Below, piece after piece: positions 8,900-16,779 of a DNA stretch of 26,087 nucleotides (its first letter is position 1; each line of letters opens with the position of its first letter). A model generated the notes under the pieces. That model searched no databases, was not told where the DNA came from, and saw only the letters and a program-made list of their open reading frames with translations. The position numbers were made by a program, and so were the translations under genes. The stretch comes from Chthoniobacterales bacterium (GTDB lineage: Bacteria > Verrucomicrobiota > Verrucomicrobiia > Chthoniobacterales > JBDTJR01), in assembly GCA_039918055.1 (NCBI GenBank), contig JBDSIH010000252.1, positions 1-26,087 of the forward strand, given 5' to 3'.

Positions 8900-9493
8900 A
8901 TGAAAAAACGCATTATCCTCGCTTCCGTACTCGCCGCCACCCTTTTAGCAGCCCCTTCCAGTTACGCCCAAATGAAGGTCGGAACCATCAGCATGGAAAA
9001 GGTGCTAACGGATTATTATAAGACCAAAGAAGCTCAGGGTAAGCTTCAGGATGTGGAGAAAAGCGCTCAGAAGGAACTCGATGATCGTCTTGCAACTTTC
9101 AAAAGCCTTCTCGAAGAAGTTAAAAAGCTCGAGGCTGATGCCAATAATTCTGCGCTGAGTAAGGATAAGATCGACGATACCCGCAAACAGTTCCAGGCCA
9201 AAGCCAATGAACTCCGCAGCATGGAGCAGGAACTCAATGATTTCAAAAAACTGCGCCAAAACCAGCTTCAGGATCAGATGATCCGCATGCGTAAGGGCAT
9301 CATTGATGAAATTCTCAAAGTCGTAACCGATAAGGTGAAGGCAGAGAATTACGACCTCGTCTTTGATCGCAGCGCAATCAGTGCAACGGGCACACCAGTC
9401 GTTATTTTTGCACGTGATGACATGGATTTCAGTGGCGCGATCGTTACGATTCTGAACAAGAACGCTCCTAAACCAACCAGCGCGACTCAGTAG
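8900..9493 (+). CDS. skp: Periplasmic chaperone Skp/OmpH
   Basis: Signal peptide, KVGTISMEKV, long coiled coil, YDLVFDRS...IFARDDMDFS; canonical position after bamA. Confidence 0.93.
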   Translation: MKKRIILASVLAATLLAAPSSYAQMKVGTISMEKVLTDYYKTKEAQGKLQDVEKSAQKELDDRLATFKSLLEEVKKLEADANNSALSKDKIDDTRKQFQAKANELRSMEQELNDFKKLRQNQLQDQMIRMRKGIIDEILKVVTDKVKAENYDLVFDRSAISATGTPVVIFARDDMDFSGAIVTILNKNAPKPTSATQ

Positions 9494-9515
9494 AAAACGG
9501 CTTACCGTTTTTTCT
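9492..9515 (+). terminator. Weak hairpin with T-tract between skp and lpxD (partial terminator candidate)
   Basis: AAAACGG-CTTA-CCGTTTT followed by TT directly after the skp stop. Only 3 G:C pairs, so it is weak. Confidence 0.35.
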
Positions 9516-9536
9516 CGCAGGGAAGATTAAGGTGTA

Positions 9537-10544
9537 ATGAGGCTCGTCGATGTTGCAGAGCTGACCCAGGGGGAGCTCTGCAAGGGCACTCCGGAGCTTG
9601 AGATCACCGGAGTGGCCTCAGTTACGGAAGCGGTGCCGGGGGACATCACCTTTTTTTACAATCCCCGCTACCTTTCCGCTTTGCGCTCCTGCAAGGCGGC
9701 TGCCGTTCTCGTTCCGCGGGATTTTTCGGAAGATGTTCCTGCAGCTCTCATAAAAGTGGATAGCCCCTCCGCTGCATTCGCGGCGGTGGTCCAGCACTTC
9801 GCCCCTCCTGCCATTGTTTTCGATAAAGGAGTGCACCCCACCGCGATTATCGGCAAGGGTGTGGAGCTTGGTCCCGATGTTTCTGTGCAGGCCTATGTCG
9901 TCATAGAGGCAGGTGCCAGGATTGGTGCCCGCACGATCATTGGCGCTTATTCCTACATTGGCCATGAAAGCCGACTTGGCGACGACTGCTTTCTCCATGC
10001 GCGCGTCACCGTTCAGGACCGCTGCCTCATCGGCAATCGCGTCATCCTTCATCCCGGCTCCGTCATTGGTGCAGACGGATTTGGCTATGAATCGGTAAAT
10101 AAAAAATACGTCAAAATTCCGCAAACCGGCATCGTGCAGATTGATGACGACGTGGAGGTCGGCGCAAATACGACGATAGACCGCGCCCGCTTTGGCAAAA
10201 CCTGGATCCAGGAAGGTGCGAAACTCGATAATCTCGTGATGATCGGACATAATGTAACTATTGGCGCGCACTCGATCCTGTGCGCGAATGTGGGTGTTTC
10301 CGGCAGCTCAAAAATCGGCGCCTATACCACGCTTGCGGGACAGGCCGGTGTTGTCGGTCATGTGGAAATTGCCGATGGCATCATCGTAGCCGCACAGGCG
10401 GGTGTGACCAAGAGCCTGTCGAATAAAGGGATTTACGTTGGCTCTCCTGCGGAACCGATGGAGAGTTTCAAAAAGAAGATGGCTTACCTAAGCCGCATCT
10501 CGAAACTCCACGAGCGCGTAAAAGCGCTCGAGCCGAAAAAATAA
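9537..10544 (+). CDS. lpxD: UDP-3-O-(3-hydroxyacyl)glucosamine N-acyltransferase
   Basis: Hexapeptide repeats, GADGFGY, KIPQTGIVQIDDDVEVGANTTIDR, KLDNLVMIGHN; follows bamA-skp. Confidence 0.97.
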   Translation: MRLVDVAELTQGELCKGTPELEITGVASVTEAVPGDITFFYNPRYLSALRSCKAAAVLVPRDFSEDVPAALIKVDSPSAAFAAVVQHFAPPAIVFDKGVHPTAIIGKGVELGPDVSVQAYVVIEAGARIGARTIIGAYSYIGHESRLGDDCFLHARVTVQDRCLIGNRVILHPGSVIGADGFGYESVNKKYVKIPQTGIVQIDDDVEVGANTTIDRARFGKTWIQEGAKLDNLVMIGHNVTIGAHSILCANVGVSGSSKIGAYTTLAGQAGVVGHVEIADGIIVAAQAGVTKSLSNKGIYVGSPAEPMESFKKKMAYLSRISKLHERVKALEPKK

Positions 10545-10585
10545 TTTTTCCTTTTTACGAAACGCGGCTCGCGCACGCATTTCAC

Positions 10586-11431
10586 TCAACCAAATCGACC
10601 GGTGATATAGTCTTCGGTTTGCTTTTCCTTCGGCTTTGAAAAAATCGCACTTGTCTGATTGTACTCGATGAGTTTGCCGAGATAGAAAAATGCCGTCATG
10701 TCCGAAACGCGCACGGCCTGCTGCATATTGTGCGTGACGATTACGATGGTGAATTCCTTTTTAAGATCATTGATCAGCTCTTCGACTTTTGCTGTGGCAA
10801 TGGGATCAAGCGCCGAGCACGGCTCATCCATGAGCAGTATCTGCGGACGGTTTGCAATCGCGCGGGCGATACAAAGGCGCTGCATCTGGCCACCGGAAAG
10901 GCTCAACGCGCTTTCATGCAGGCGGTCTTTTACTTCCTCCCATAGCGCCGCGCCGCGAAGACTTCTCTCCACGGCTTCATCGAGAACCTTCTTTTTGTTC
11001 TGCCCCGCAATTCTCAAACCAAAAACGATATTTTCATAAATCGATTTTGGGAAAGGATTCGATTTCTGAAAGACCATGCCGATGCTGCGGCGCAGAGCGA
11101 TGACTTCGATTTTAGGATCGTAGATGCTTTGCCCGTTCAGCGTGATGTCGCCTTCATGACGAATGCCATCGATGAGTTCGTTCATGCGGTTGAAATTCCG
11201 CAGGAGCGTGGACTTGCCGCAACCGGACGGGCCGATGAATGCCGTCACCTGGCGCTCGGGGATATCCATGACGATGGAGTGCAATGCCTGCTTGGTGCGG
11301 TAGAAGAAATTAAAGTTTCTCACCGAGATGAAATCCGCACGGCTGTCCGCTGCGTCGGAAGCAAAAGACGCGGTGGATTGGGAATCAAAAGAGAGTGGTC
11401 TGGTTTCGTCTTGCATATGGGTTGTGTTCAT
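10586..11431 (-). CDS. pstB: Phosphate ABC transporter ATP-binding subunit
   Basis: Walker [25 protein letters not shown], signature [21 protein letters not shown]-terminal DYITGRFG. Confidence 0.98.
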   Translation of the reverse strand: MNTTHMQDETRPLSFDSQSTASFASDAADSRADFISVRNFNFFYRTKQALHSIVMDIPERQVTAFIGPSGCGKSTLLRNFNRMNELIDGIRHEGDITLNGQSIYDPKIEVIALRRSIGMVFQKSNPFPKSIYENIVFGLRIAGQNKKKVLDEAVERSLRGAALWEEVKDRLHESALSLSGGQMQRLCIARAIANRPQILLMDEPCSALDPIATAKVEELINDLKKEFTIVIVTHNMQQAVRVSDMTAFFYLGKLIEYNQTSAIFSKPKEKQTEDYITGRFG

Positions 11432-11442
11432 AGCCCACGGGT

Positions 11443-12342
11443 CTAATTCTTTTTCCTAAAAACGATCTGGGCAAGTACGTTTGTGATGGTCACTAAAACA
11501 ACCAGCACCAGCGAGGCCGCCCAGGCCATTTGAATCTGATGTTTATACGGAAGCGTTGAAAAGTTGTAAATGAGCACAGAGAGGGAAGCCGTGGGCTCCA
11601 TGATGGATTTTACCTTATAATAACTAAAAAGCGCGGTGAATAAGACCGGAGCGGTTTCCCCTGCGGCGCGGGCAACCGCGAGCATGATGCCGGTCATGAT
11701 GGCCGGAACGGCTTCGGGCAAAACGATTTTCCAGATAGTCTGGAAGTTTGTGCCACCCAGACCGTAAGACGCCTCGCGATACGCCTTTGGAACGCCCATA
11801 AGGGCCTGCTCCGCCGTGAGCAGGATCGTGGGAAGAATCAATACAGAGAGCGCCACGCCGCCCGCGAAGGCGGAGAAGCCGGACAGAAACGCAAATTTGC
11901 CCGTCGCCATGACCACGACGGCAAAAGCAAAAACACCGCAGATAATGGAAGGAATACCCGTCAGCATTTTTGCCACGAATCGGACTGCACCGGAAAGCCG
12001 GGAGGCCGGAGCATATTCGTTAATGTAAATCGCCGAAAGAATCCCCAAAGGAACCGCGAGTAAGAGCGCGATCCCGACCATAACTCCCGTGCCAATAATC
12101 GCATTGCTGAATCCACCGCCCGCCACTCCGGGAGCCGGGGGAAGCTGCGTGAAAAGATCCCAGCTGATCAGCGGCAGGCCATTCTTAACGACCAGAAATA
12201 CAATGGAGAAAAGTGGAACGAGCGTCAGAAAGGAAAGGGAAATGCAAATGGCGGTAAGCGTGCGGTTGCGCAAAGCGCGGAATACCGTTTTCGCGTGAAT
12301 TGCACCTGCAAAAAAATCCGGTTTGGCGATTGCGGTATCCAT
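11443..12342 (-). CDS. pstA: Phosphate ABC transporter permease PstA
   Basis: [12 protein letters not shown]-loop (REASYGLG) and ARAAGETAP. Confidence 0.96.
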   Translation of the reverse strand: MDTAIAKPDFFAGAIHAKTVFRALRNRTLTAICISLSFLTLVPLFSIVFLVVKNGLPLISWDLFTQLPPAPGVAGGGFSNAIIGTGVMVGIALLLAVPLGILSAIYINEYAPASRLSGAVRFVAKMLTGIPSIICGVFAFAVVVMATGKFAFLSGFSAFAGGVALSVLILPTILLTAEQALMGVPKAYREASYGLGGTNFQTIWKIVLPEAVPAIMTGIMLAVARAAGETAPVLFTALFSYYKVKSIMEPTASLSVLIYNFSTLPYKHQIQMAWAASLVLVVLVTITNVLAQIVFRKKN

Positions 12343-12344
12343 AC

Positions 12345-13301
12345 TTAATTGATCCCCGCCGTTCTTTTTTGCGTATACCTCAGAACCACTTCGCCAAGCA
12401 TATTTACACCCAGCGTCAAAATTACCAGCAGCAGCGCGGCATACATCAGCGCGTTGATCTGCATACCATCCGCTTCAGCGAATTGGTTGGCGAGCAAACC
12501 CGCAAGCGTTCCCGACGGGGAAAGCAGAGACCAGGTCAGCCTCGGACTATTTCCAATAAGCATCGCCACAGCCATGGTTTCTCCCATGGCGCGGCCAAAT
12601 GCCAGGATGGTGGCGGCAACAACTCCGGGAGCAGCGGCCGGAAAGATGACGCCGAGAATGGCCTCCCAGCGCGTGGCACCCAGCGCATACGCGCCCTCGC
12701 GCAATGTCGCCGGGGTGGAGACAAATGCATTTCGGGAAATTGCGGTGATGGTTGGCAGCACCATGAGAGCCAGAACGATGCTTGCGGTAAGCAGACTGTT
12801 TCCAAATGCAGGGCCCTCAAACAACGGAATAAATCCGAGGTATTTGGAAAGGATCGTTCCGTATTGCTGAACGAGAGGAACCACCACAAAAATTCCCCAT
12901 AGCCCGTAAACCACGCTGGGAATCGAGGCCAGTAGCTCGACGACAAACCGAATCGCCTGCCGAATGGAAACAGGAAGAAAATCTTCGCTAAGAAAAATCG
13001 CAATGGAAATTCCCAGCGGGAACGCGATTAGCAGCGCAATGACGGAACTTGCTGCAGTGCCGATCAGAAATGGCAGGACGCCAAATACCTGCCGCCCCGG
13101 CGTCCATGCAGTACCAGTAATAAAATTCAGGCCAAATTTCTTAATGGCCGGCCACGCCTGGCTGAAAATTTCGTATCCGATCCATGCAAGGATGACAACG
13201 GTCAGGACCGATGCCACCCAGCACAGAACTCGAAATAGATCCGGGACAGAACGATAGCGGGCGATTTCCTTTTTTTCGTTGCTGGCCGTGGTTCCGCTCA
13301 C
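12345..13301 (-). CDS. pstC: Phosphate ABC transporter permease PstC (GTG start)
   Basis: ELLASIPSVVYGLWG, REGAYALGATRWE and GRAMGETMAV. Confidence 0.96.
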   Translation of the reverse strand: MSGTTASNEKKEIARYRSVPDLFRVLCWVASVLTVVILAWIGYEIFSQAWPAIKKFGLNFITGTAWTPGRQVFGVLPFLIGTAASSVIALLIAFPLGISIAIFLSEDFLPVSIRQAIRFVVELLASIPSVVYGLWGIFVVVPLVQQYGTILSKYLGFIPLFEGPAFGNSLLTASIVLALMVLPTITAISRNAFVSTPATLREGAYALGATRWEAILGVIFPAAAPGVVAATILAFGRAMGETMAVAMLIGNSPRLTWSLLSPSGTLAGLLANQFAEADGMQINALMYAALLLVILTLGVNMLGEVVLRYTQKRTAGIN

Positions 13302-13347
13302 AAATATTGCTTTCAGATATGAGAGGGAATTATCCGCGTGGGATCAA

Positions 13348-14358
13348 TTATTTAATGCTATCCAGCGCAGCCTGGCATTTAGATACCACTTCTTTAGGAA
13401 GCGGAATGTAGCCAAGGGAAGGTGCGGTAGCTTGTCCGGCGGTAAGGCCATATGTTATAAATTCCTTCAGCGCCTTTAACTTATCGGCATTGTCGTAAGT
13501 TTTATAGAGAAGCAGCCAGGTGAATGTCGCGATAGGGTAATCTTCCGCGCCGGCTGGATCTTCAGGCCAGATGCGAAGATTTGCAGGAAGCTGCACAGAA
13601 GCGAGCGTGGCGGTGCCGCTTTCAAGTGTAGGTTTTACAAATTTTCCGGATTTGTTTTCGAGGGATGCCATGGGGAGCTTGTTATTCTGCGCGTAGCCGT
13701 ATTCCACATAACCAATCGCGCCGGGATTCTGCTGCACGAGAGCGGTAACGCCGTCGTTTCCTTTGCCGGACATGCCGGTCGGCCAGCTCACAGCTTTATC
13801 CGTGCCCACTTTTTCCTTAAATTCCGGGCTGATCGCGCTGAGGTGCTTCGTGAAAACAAAGGTCGTTCCACTTCCGTCTGCACGGGAGCAAACTTTGATT
13901 CCCAGATCAGGAAGCTTTACCCCAGGGTTGCTTTTGACGATTTGCGGATCATTCCACTTGGTGATCGTGCCAAGAAAAATGCCAGCATAAACCGCACGGG
14001 AAAGCTTCAGTTCGCTGACACCAGGAAGATTATACGCCAGGACAATGCTCCCGGCGGTGGCAGGAATCATTACCGCACCTTTGGGAACCTTGGCAATTTC
14101 CTCATCTGTGATCGCCGCGTCGCTCGCGCCAAAATCCACAAGCCCCTGTGTGAACTGTTTTACTCCCGCACCGGAACCGTTCGACTGGTAGTTGATCTGA
14201 ATATCGGGGTGTTGCTTGTTAAAATCCTGTGCCCACCGCTGATAAAACGGAGCAGGAAAACTGGCTCCCGCTCCCTGCAAAGTGGTTTCTGCGGAGGCAA
14301 GCTGGCCGGAGACTGTAAGAGCCGCCAATACAACGAGGGTAGATGCTATTTTTTTCAT
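13348..14358 (-). CDS. pstS: Phosphate ABC transporter substrate-binding protein
   Basis: Signal peptide, GAGASFPAP, YQSNGSGAG, DFGASD, RADGSGTT, KGNDGV and YPIATFTW. Confidence 0.97.
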   Translation of the reverse strand: MKKIASTLVVLAALTVSGQLASAETTLQGAGASFPAPFYQRWAQDFNKQHPDIQINYQSNGSGAGVKQFTQGLVDFGASDAAITDEEIAKVPKGAVMIPATAGSIVLAYNLPGVSELKLSRAVYAGIFLGTITKWNDPQIVKSNPGVKLPDLGIKVCSRADGSGTTFVFTKHLSAISPEFKEKVGTDKAVSWPTGMSGKGNDGVTALVQQNPGAIGYVEYGYAQNNKLPMASLENKSGKFVKPTLESGTATLASVQLPANLRIWPEDPAGAEDYPIATFTWLLLYKTYDNADKLKALKEFITYGLTAGQATAPSLGYIPLPKEVVSKCQAALDSIK

Positions 14359-14469
14359 GGAAGTAAATAAGAAGAAACAATTAGTGATACGTATTCAGCC
14401 TCTTTAAGGTGGAATTTCTCTGCAAAAGTTTAAATGTTACAATCTCGTCAAATTCCTTACAAAAAAGAG

Positions 14470-14475
14470 ATTATA
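14470..14475 (-). promoter_or_regulatory. Candidate -10 element for pstS
   Basis: Perfect TATAAT on the minus strand about 110 nt upstream of the pstS ATG, with no recognisable -35 at 17 nt. Confidence 0.4.
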
Positions 14476-14627
14476 GTTGCTTTCTACACAGTAACCCTAG
14501 GCTGACGTCCCAAAAAAAGCGAGAATTCAGCCCTGCCAACGATAACTTTTTGTCAGATTCCCTTAATTGGATCATTTCACCTCGCACCTGTGCCAACAGA
14601 CTTGTTCCTAAAGAGATTTTATGAAAT

Positions 14628-14837
14628 ATGTCTCGAATGCTTAGGACCGCCTCCTGCCTTCTTCTGGTCATTTGTTTGAGCGCCTGCGCAAACCATAATA
14701 ATGACTCCGTGCCCAGTCGTGTCGCAAACAAGACCGACCGCGTCATCAATCAGACCGGCGCAAAGATCCAGAACGATACGGAGAAACTCGGCCGTAATAT
14801 CCGGCATATCGGAGACGATATCGAAGGAGTCGAGTAG
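14628..14837 (+). CDS. Small predicted lipoprotein (69 aa)
   Basis: Basic N-terminus, hydrophobic core and lipobox LSA-C (Cys20), followed by an amphipathic helix with roughly 11-residue periodicity. Confidence 0.72.
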   Translation: MSRMLRTASCLLLVICLSACANHNNDSVPSRVANKTDRVINQTGAKIQNDTEKLGRNIRHIGDDIEGVE

Positions 14838-14841
14838 ACTC

Positions 14842-15370
14842 TTAGCGGACATAAGGACAGCCAGAACATGGCCATCCGCGTAGAGAATATTCTGGCTTCC
14901 GAAATGCACGGGATCGAAATCGATCACCAGTCTTAACCGGCGCGGGTTTACCACATGCACTCCCCGGCGCGAGTAAATCTTCGGATCGACCTGTTTCTCC
15001 TCATCTATTAAGGGCTTCCACTCGTAGCTCGTTCCCAAAGAAGCAAACCGCTGATTATTTTTCATATCAGTGGGGCACCGAAGCATTTGGGCGCCAGACC
15101 ATAAGTAGAAAACGTATCCGCCATCCCCGGGACCGTCTCTCCCTGGTATTCGGGGTAGGAGGGATTGGTTTCGACCTTCGGGTACTGACCATCATGATCG
15201 TTTAAATAACTGGCTGCCATGGTTCCCAACTGGCGCAGATTACTCATGCAGACCACACTCTGGGAACGCTGCGTCAGTTGCTCCATATGAGGAAAACCAA
15301 CTACGATGAGGATGCCCAGAATAGCTACGACCAGTAGCATTTCGATGAGCGTGAACCCGCGGGAATTCAT
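14842..15370 (-). pseudogene. Prepilin-type N-terminal cleavage/methylation protein with C-terminal H-X9-DG motif, split by frameshift(s)
   Basis: Frame A (15370-15062) has G^FTLIEMLLVVAILGIL...CMSNLRQLG. Frame B (from 15086) has LRCPTD...SYEW...H-FGSQNILYA-DGHV. These are the two halves of the PVC-type pilin-like family. Confidence 0.8.
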
Positions 15371-15376
15371 GACCCC

Positions 15377-15670
15377 CTAATGGTCTGTCCGCTGCAGATA
15401 ATTTCGGTATCGCTCCACCCGCTGCTCGGGAGTTAAACCCTGCAGGCTTGCCCAGAACTTACGGCGCTCATCAAACTGCTCCTTCGCTTTTTGCTTTTGC
15501 ACCGTGGAAAGCGTAGCCGTCGTGATTGCCTGGCGGTCATTCACCCAATCCTGATTAACCGTGCCGCCGCTTCGCCCACCGCCAAATCCTCCACCCATCC
15601 GCTGATCCAATTGGCAATAACCCAGATCACGCACAGTGAAAATAAGGCTATAAGTACGCGGCCGAGTCAT
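15377..15670 (-). pseudogene. Degenerate membrane-anchored Gly-rich hypothetical protein, probably co-transcribed with the prepilin-like gene
   Basis: The 97-aa ORF has a GGGFGGGRSGG tract and a charged helical C-terminus (LTPEQRVERY). The +1 frame at 15660-15595 encodes a hydrophobic anchor, RVLIALFSLCVIWVIANWISGW. The stop lies 6 nt before the prepilin ATG. Confidence 0.5.
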
Positions 15671-15680
15671 CGCTATATTT

Positions 15681-15780
15681 AAACCATAAACAATTAGAAA
15701 AGTTGCATCAAAAACCCAATTTCATGATTCTATTTAATTATTTGATATTCAGTATCTTATATAAATATTATGCGCCAAAA
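15681..15780. promoter_or_regulatory. AT-rich stretch in the divergent intergenic region, containing an IHF-consensus match
   Basis: Hand count gives 23 G+C in 100 nt. The minus strand at 15747-15735 reads TATCAA-ATAA-TTA, matching WATCAANNNNTTR. Confidence 0.4.
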
Positions 15781-16140
15781 AGGCTTCCTTAAGCAAATCC
15801 GGCTATATAGCGATATAACTTGCATCTCTCCGTTAGGTTGGATTAGGTTCTGCCCTTCAGGTGCTTAAAGAAATGCCACTGGGAAATTGTATTTTCAGGT
15901 TTCTCCTCCATGTAGTTGACCGGCTTGCCGGTGCTATGGGCGGATTCCTGCCGACTTCACCCCTTTCCGGCATCAGCGCTCTTCATTCCATCGTGTCACA
16001 GCCAGAATCTACGCTTGGTCACGGGATGAGTTTCGCACCTGAATCCCTTGGGGAGGCGGCTCCGGCAGACAGCGTGGTCCGGATCGCATTCAATACTGGT
16101 ATGTCTCCAAGCCAACAAAACAGTCAACTAATTCGAAAAA

Positions 16141-16767
16141 ATGTCAGACAATTCAAATCAAGGTTCCAACAATCGCTCTTCTTCTCGCGGGGGGCGCCAA
16201 CGCTCCCGCCGTGGTGGAAGCAGCAACAATCGCTCATCCTCATCCCGCTCCGGTGAGCGCCGTCCTCCACAGCAAAAGCAGAAAAAGCTGACGCTGTGGC
16301 AAAAAATCCTCTCCTTCTTCAGTGGCAAGTCGTCTGCACCGGAAACATCCTCCCGTCCAGCACCTGCTCAAAGAAAAGACTCCGAGCCTGCCTCCTCTAC
16401 GCGTGAGCGTGAGCCTCAGTCGTCCATTCGGAAACCCGAGCCGATTGAAGTAACTACGCCCCGCATCTATGTGGGAAATCTCTCTTTCGACGCTACAGAA
16501 AGCGACCTGACAGAGCTCTTCAGTGGAATCGGCAGTGTGCAAAATGTTGAAATCGTTTTCAACAAACACACACATCGTTCCAAGGGATTCGGCTTCATTC
16601 AGATGCAGTCCGTCGCCGAAGCAAGCCGCGCCGTGGATGAACTTCACGACAAGGAATACATGGGCCGTAAACTCGTAGTCAGTGGCGCCAAAGTCGTGCA
16701 GGAATCCCGTTCCAGCCGTCCGTCTCAGGAGGAAACTTCCTCCGAAGAACAGTCGCCTGCTGCTTAA
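16141..16767 (+). CDS. RNA-binding protein with a single RRM domain and an N-terminal Arg/Ser/Gly-rich disordered region
   Basis: RNP2 IYVGNL and RNP1 KGFGFIQM, with RRM at about residues 108-185. Low-complexity N-terminus contains a duplicated SNNRSSS. Confidence 0.93.
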   Translation: MSDNSNQGSNNRSSSRGGRQRSRRGGSSNNRSSSSRSGERRPPQQKQKKLTLWQKILSFFSGKSSAPETSSRPAPAQRKDSEPASSTREREPQSSIRKPEPIEVTTPRIYVGNLSFDATESDLTELFSGIGSVQNVEIVFNKHTHRSKGFGFIQMQSVAEASRAVDELHDKEYMGRKLVVSGAKVVQESRSSRPSQEETSSEEQSPAA

Positions 16768-16779
16768 GTAATCGCGCCT

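Noticed and set aside
14530-14600. TTGGCA motifs (here and near 26000) as sigma54 promoters
   Set aside because: The required GG-N10-GC spacing is not satisfied.
14619-14841. C-terminal half of the 155-aa ORF 14619-15086 as a real domain
   Set aside because: It is the antisense read of the lipoprotein gene and is better explained as read-through after the lesion at 14848-14855.
15083-15092. Programmed -1 ribosomal frameshift in the prepilin-like gene
   Set aside because: G CCC AAA does not allow tandem tRNA re-pairing, and additional lesions nearby point to decay or error.
15861-16256. 131-aa plus-strand ORF upstream of and overlapping the RRM gene
   Set aside because: No motifs, out-of-frame overlap with the RRM gene, and composition not protein-like; more likely leader sequence.
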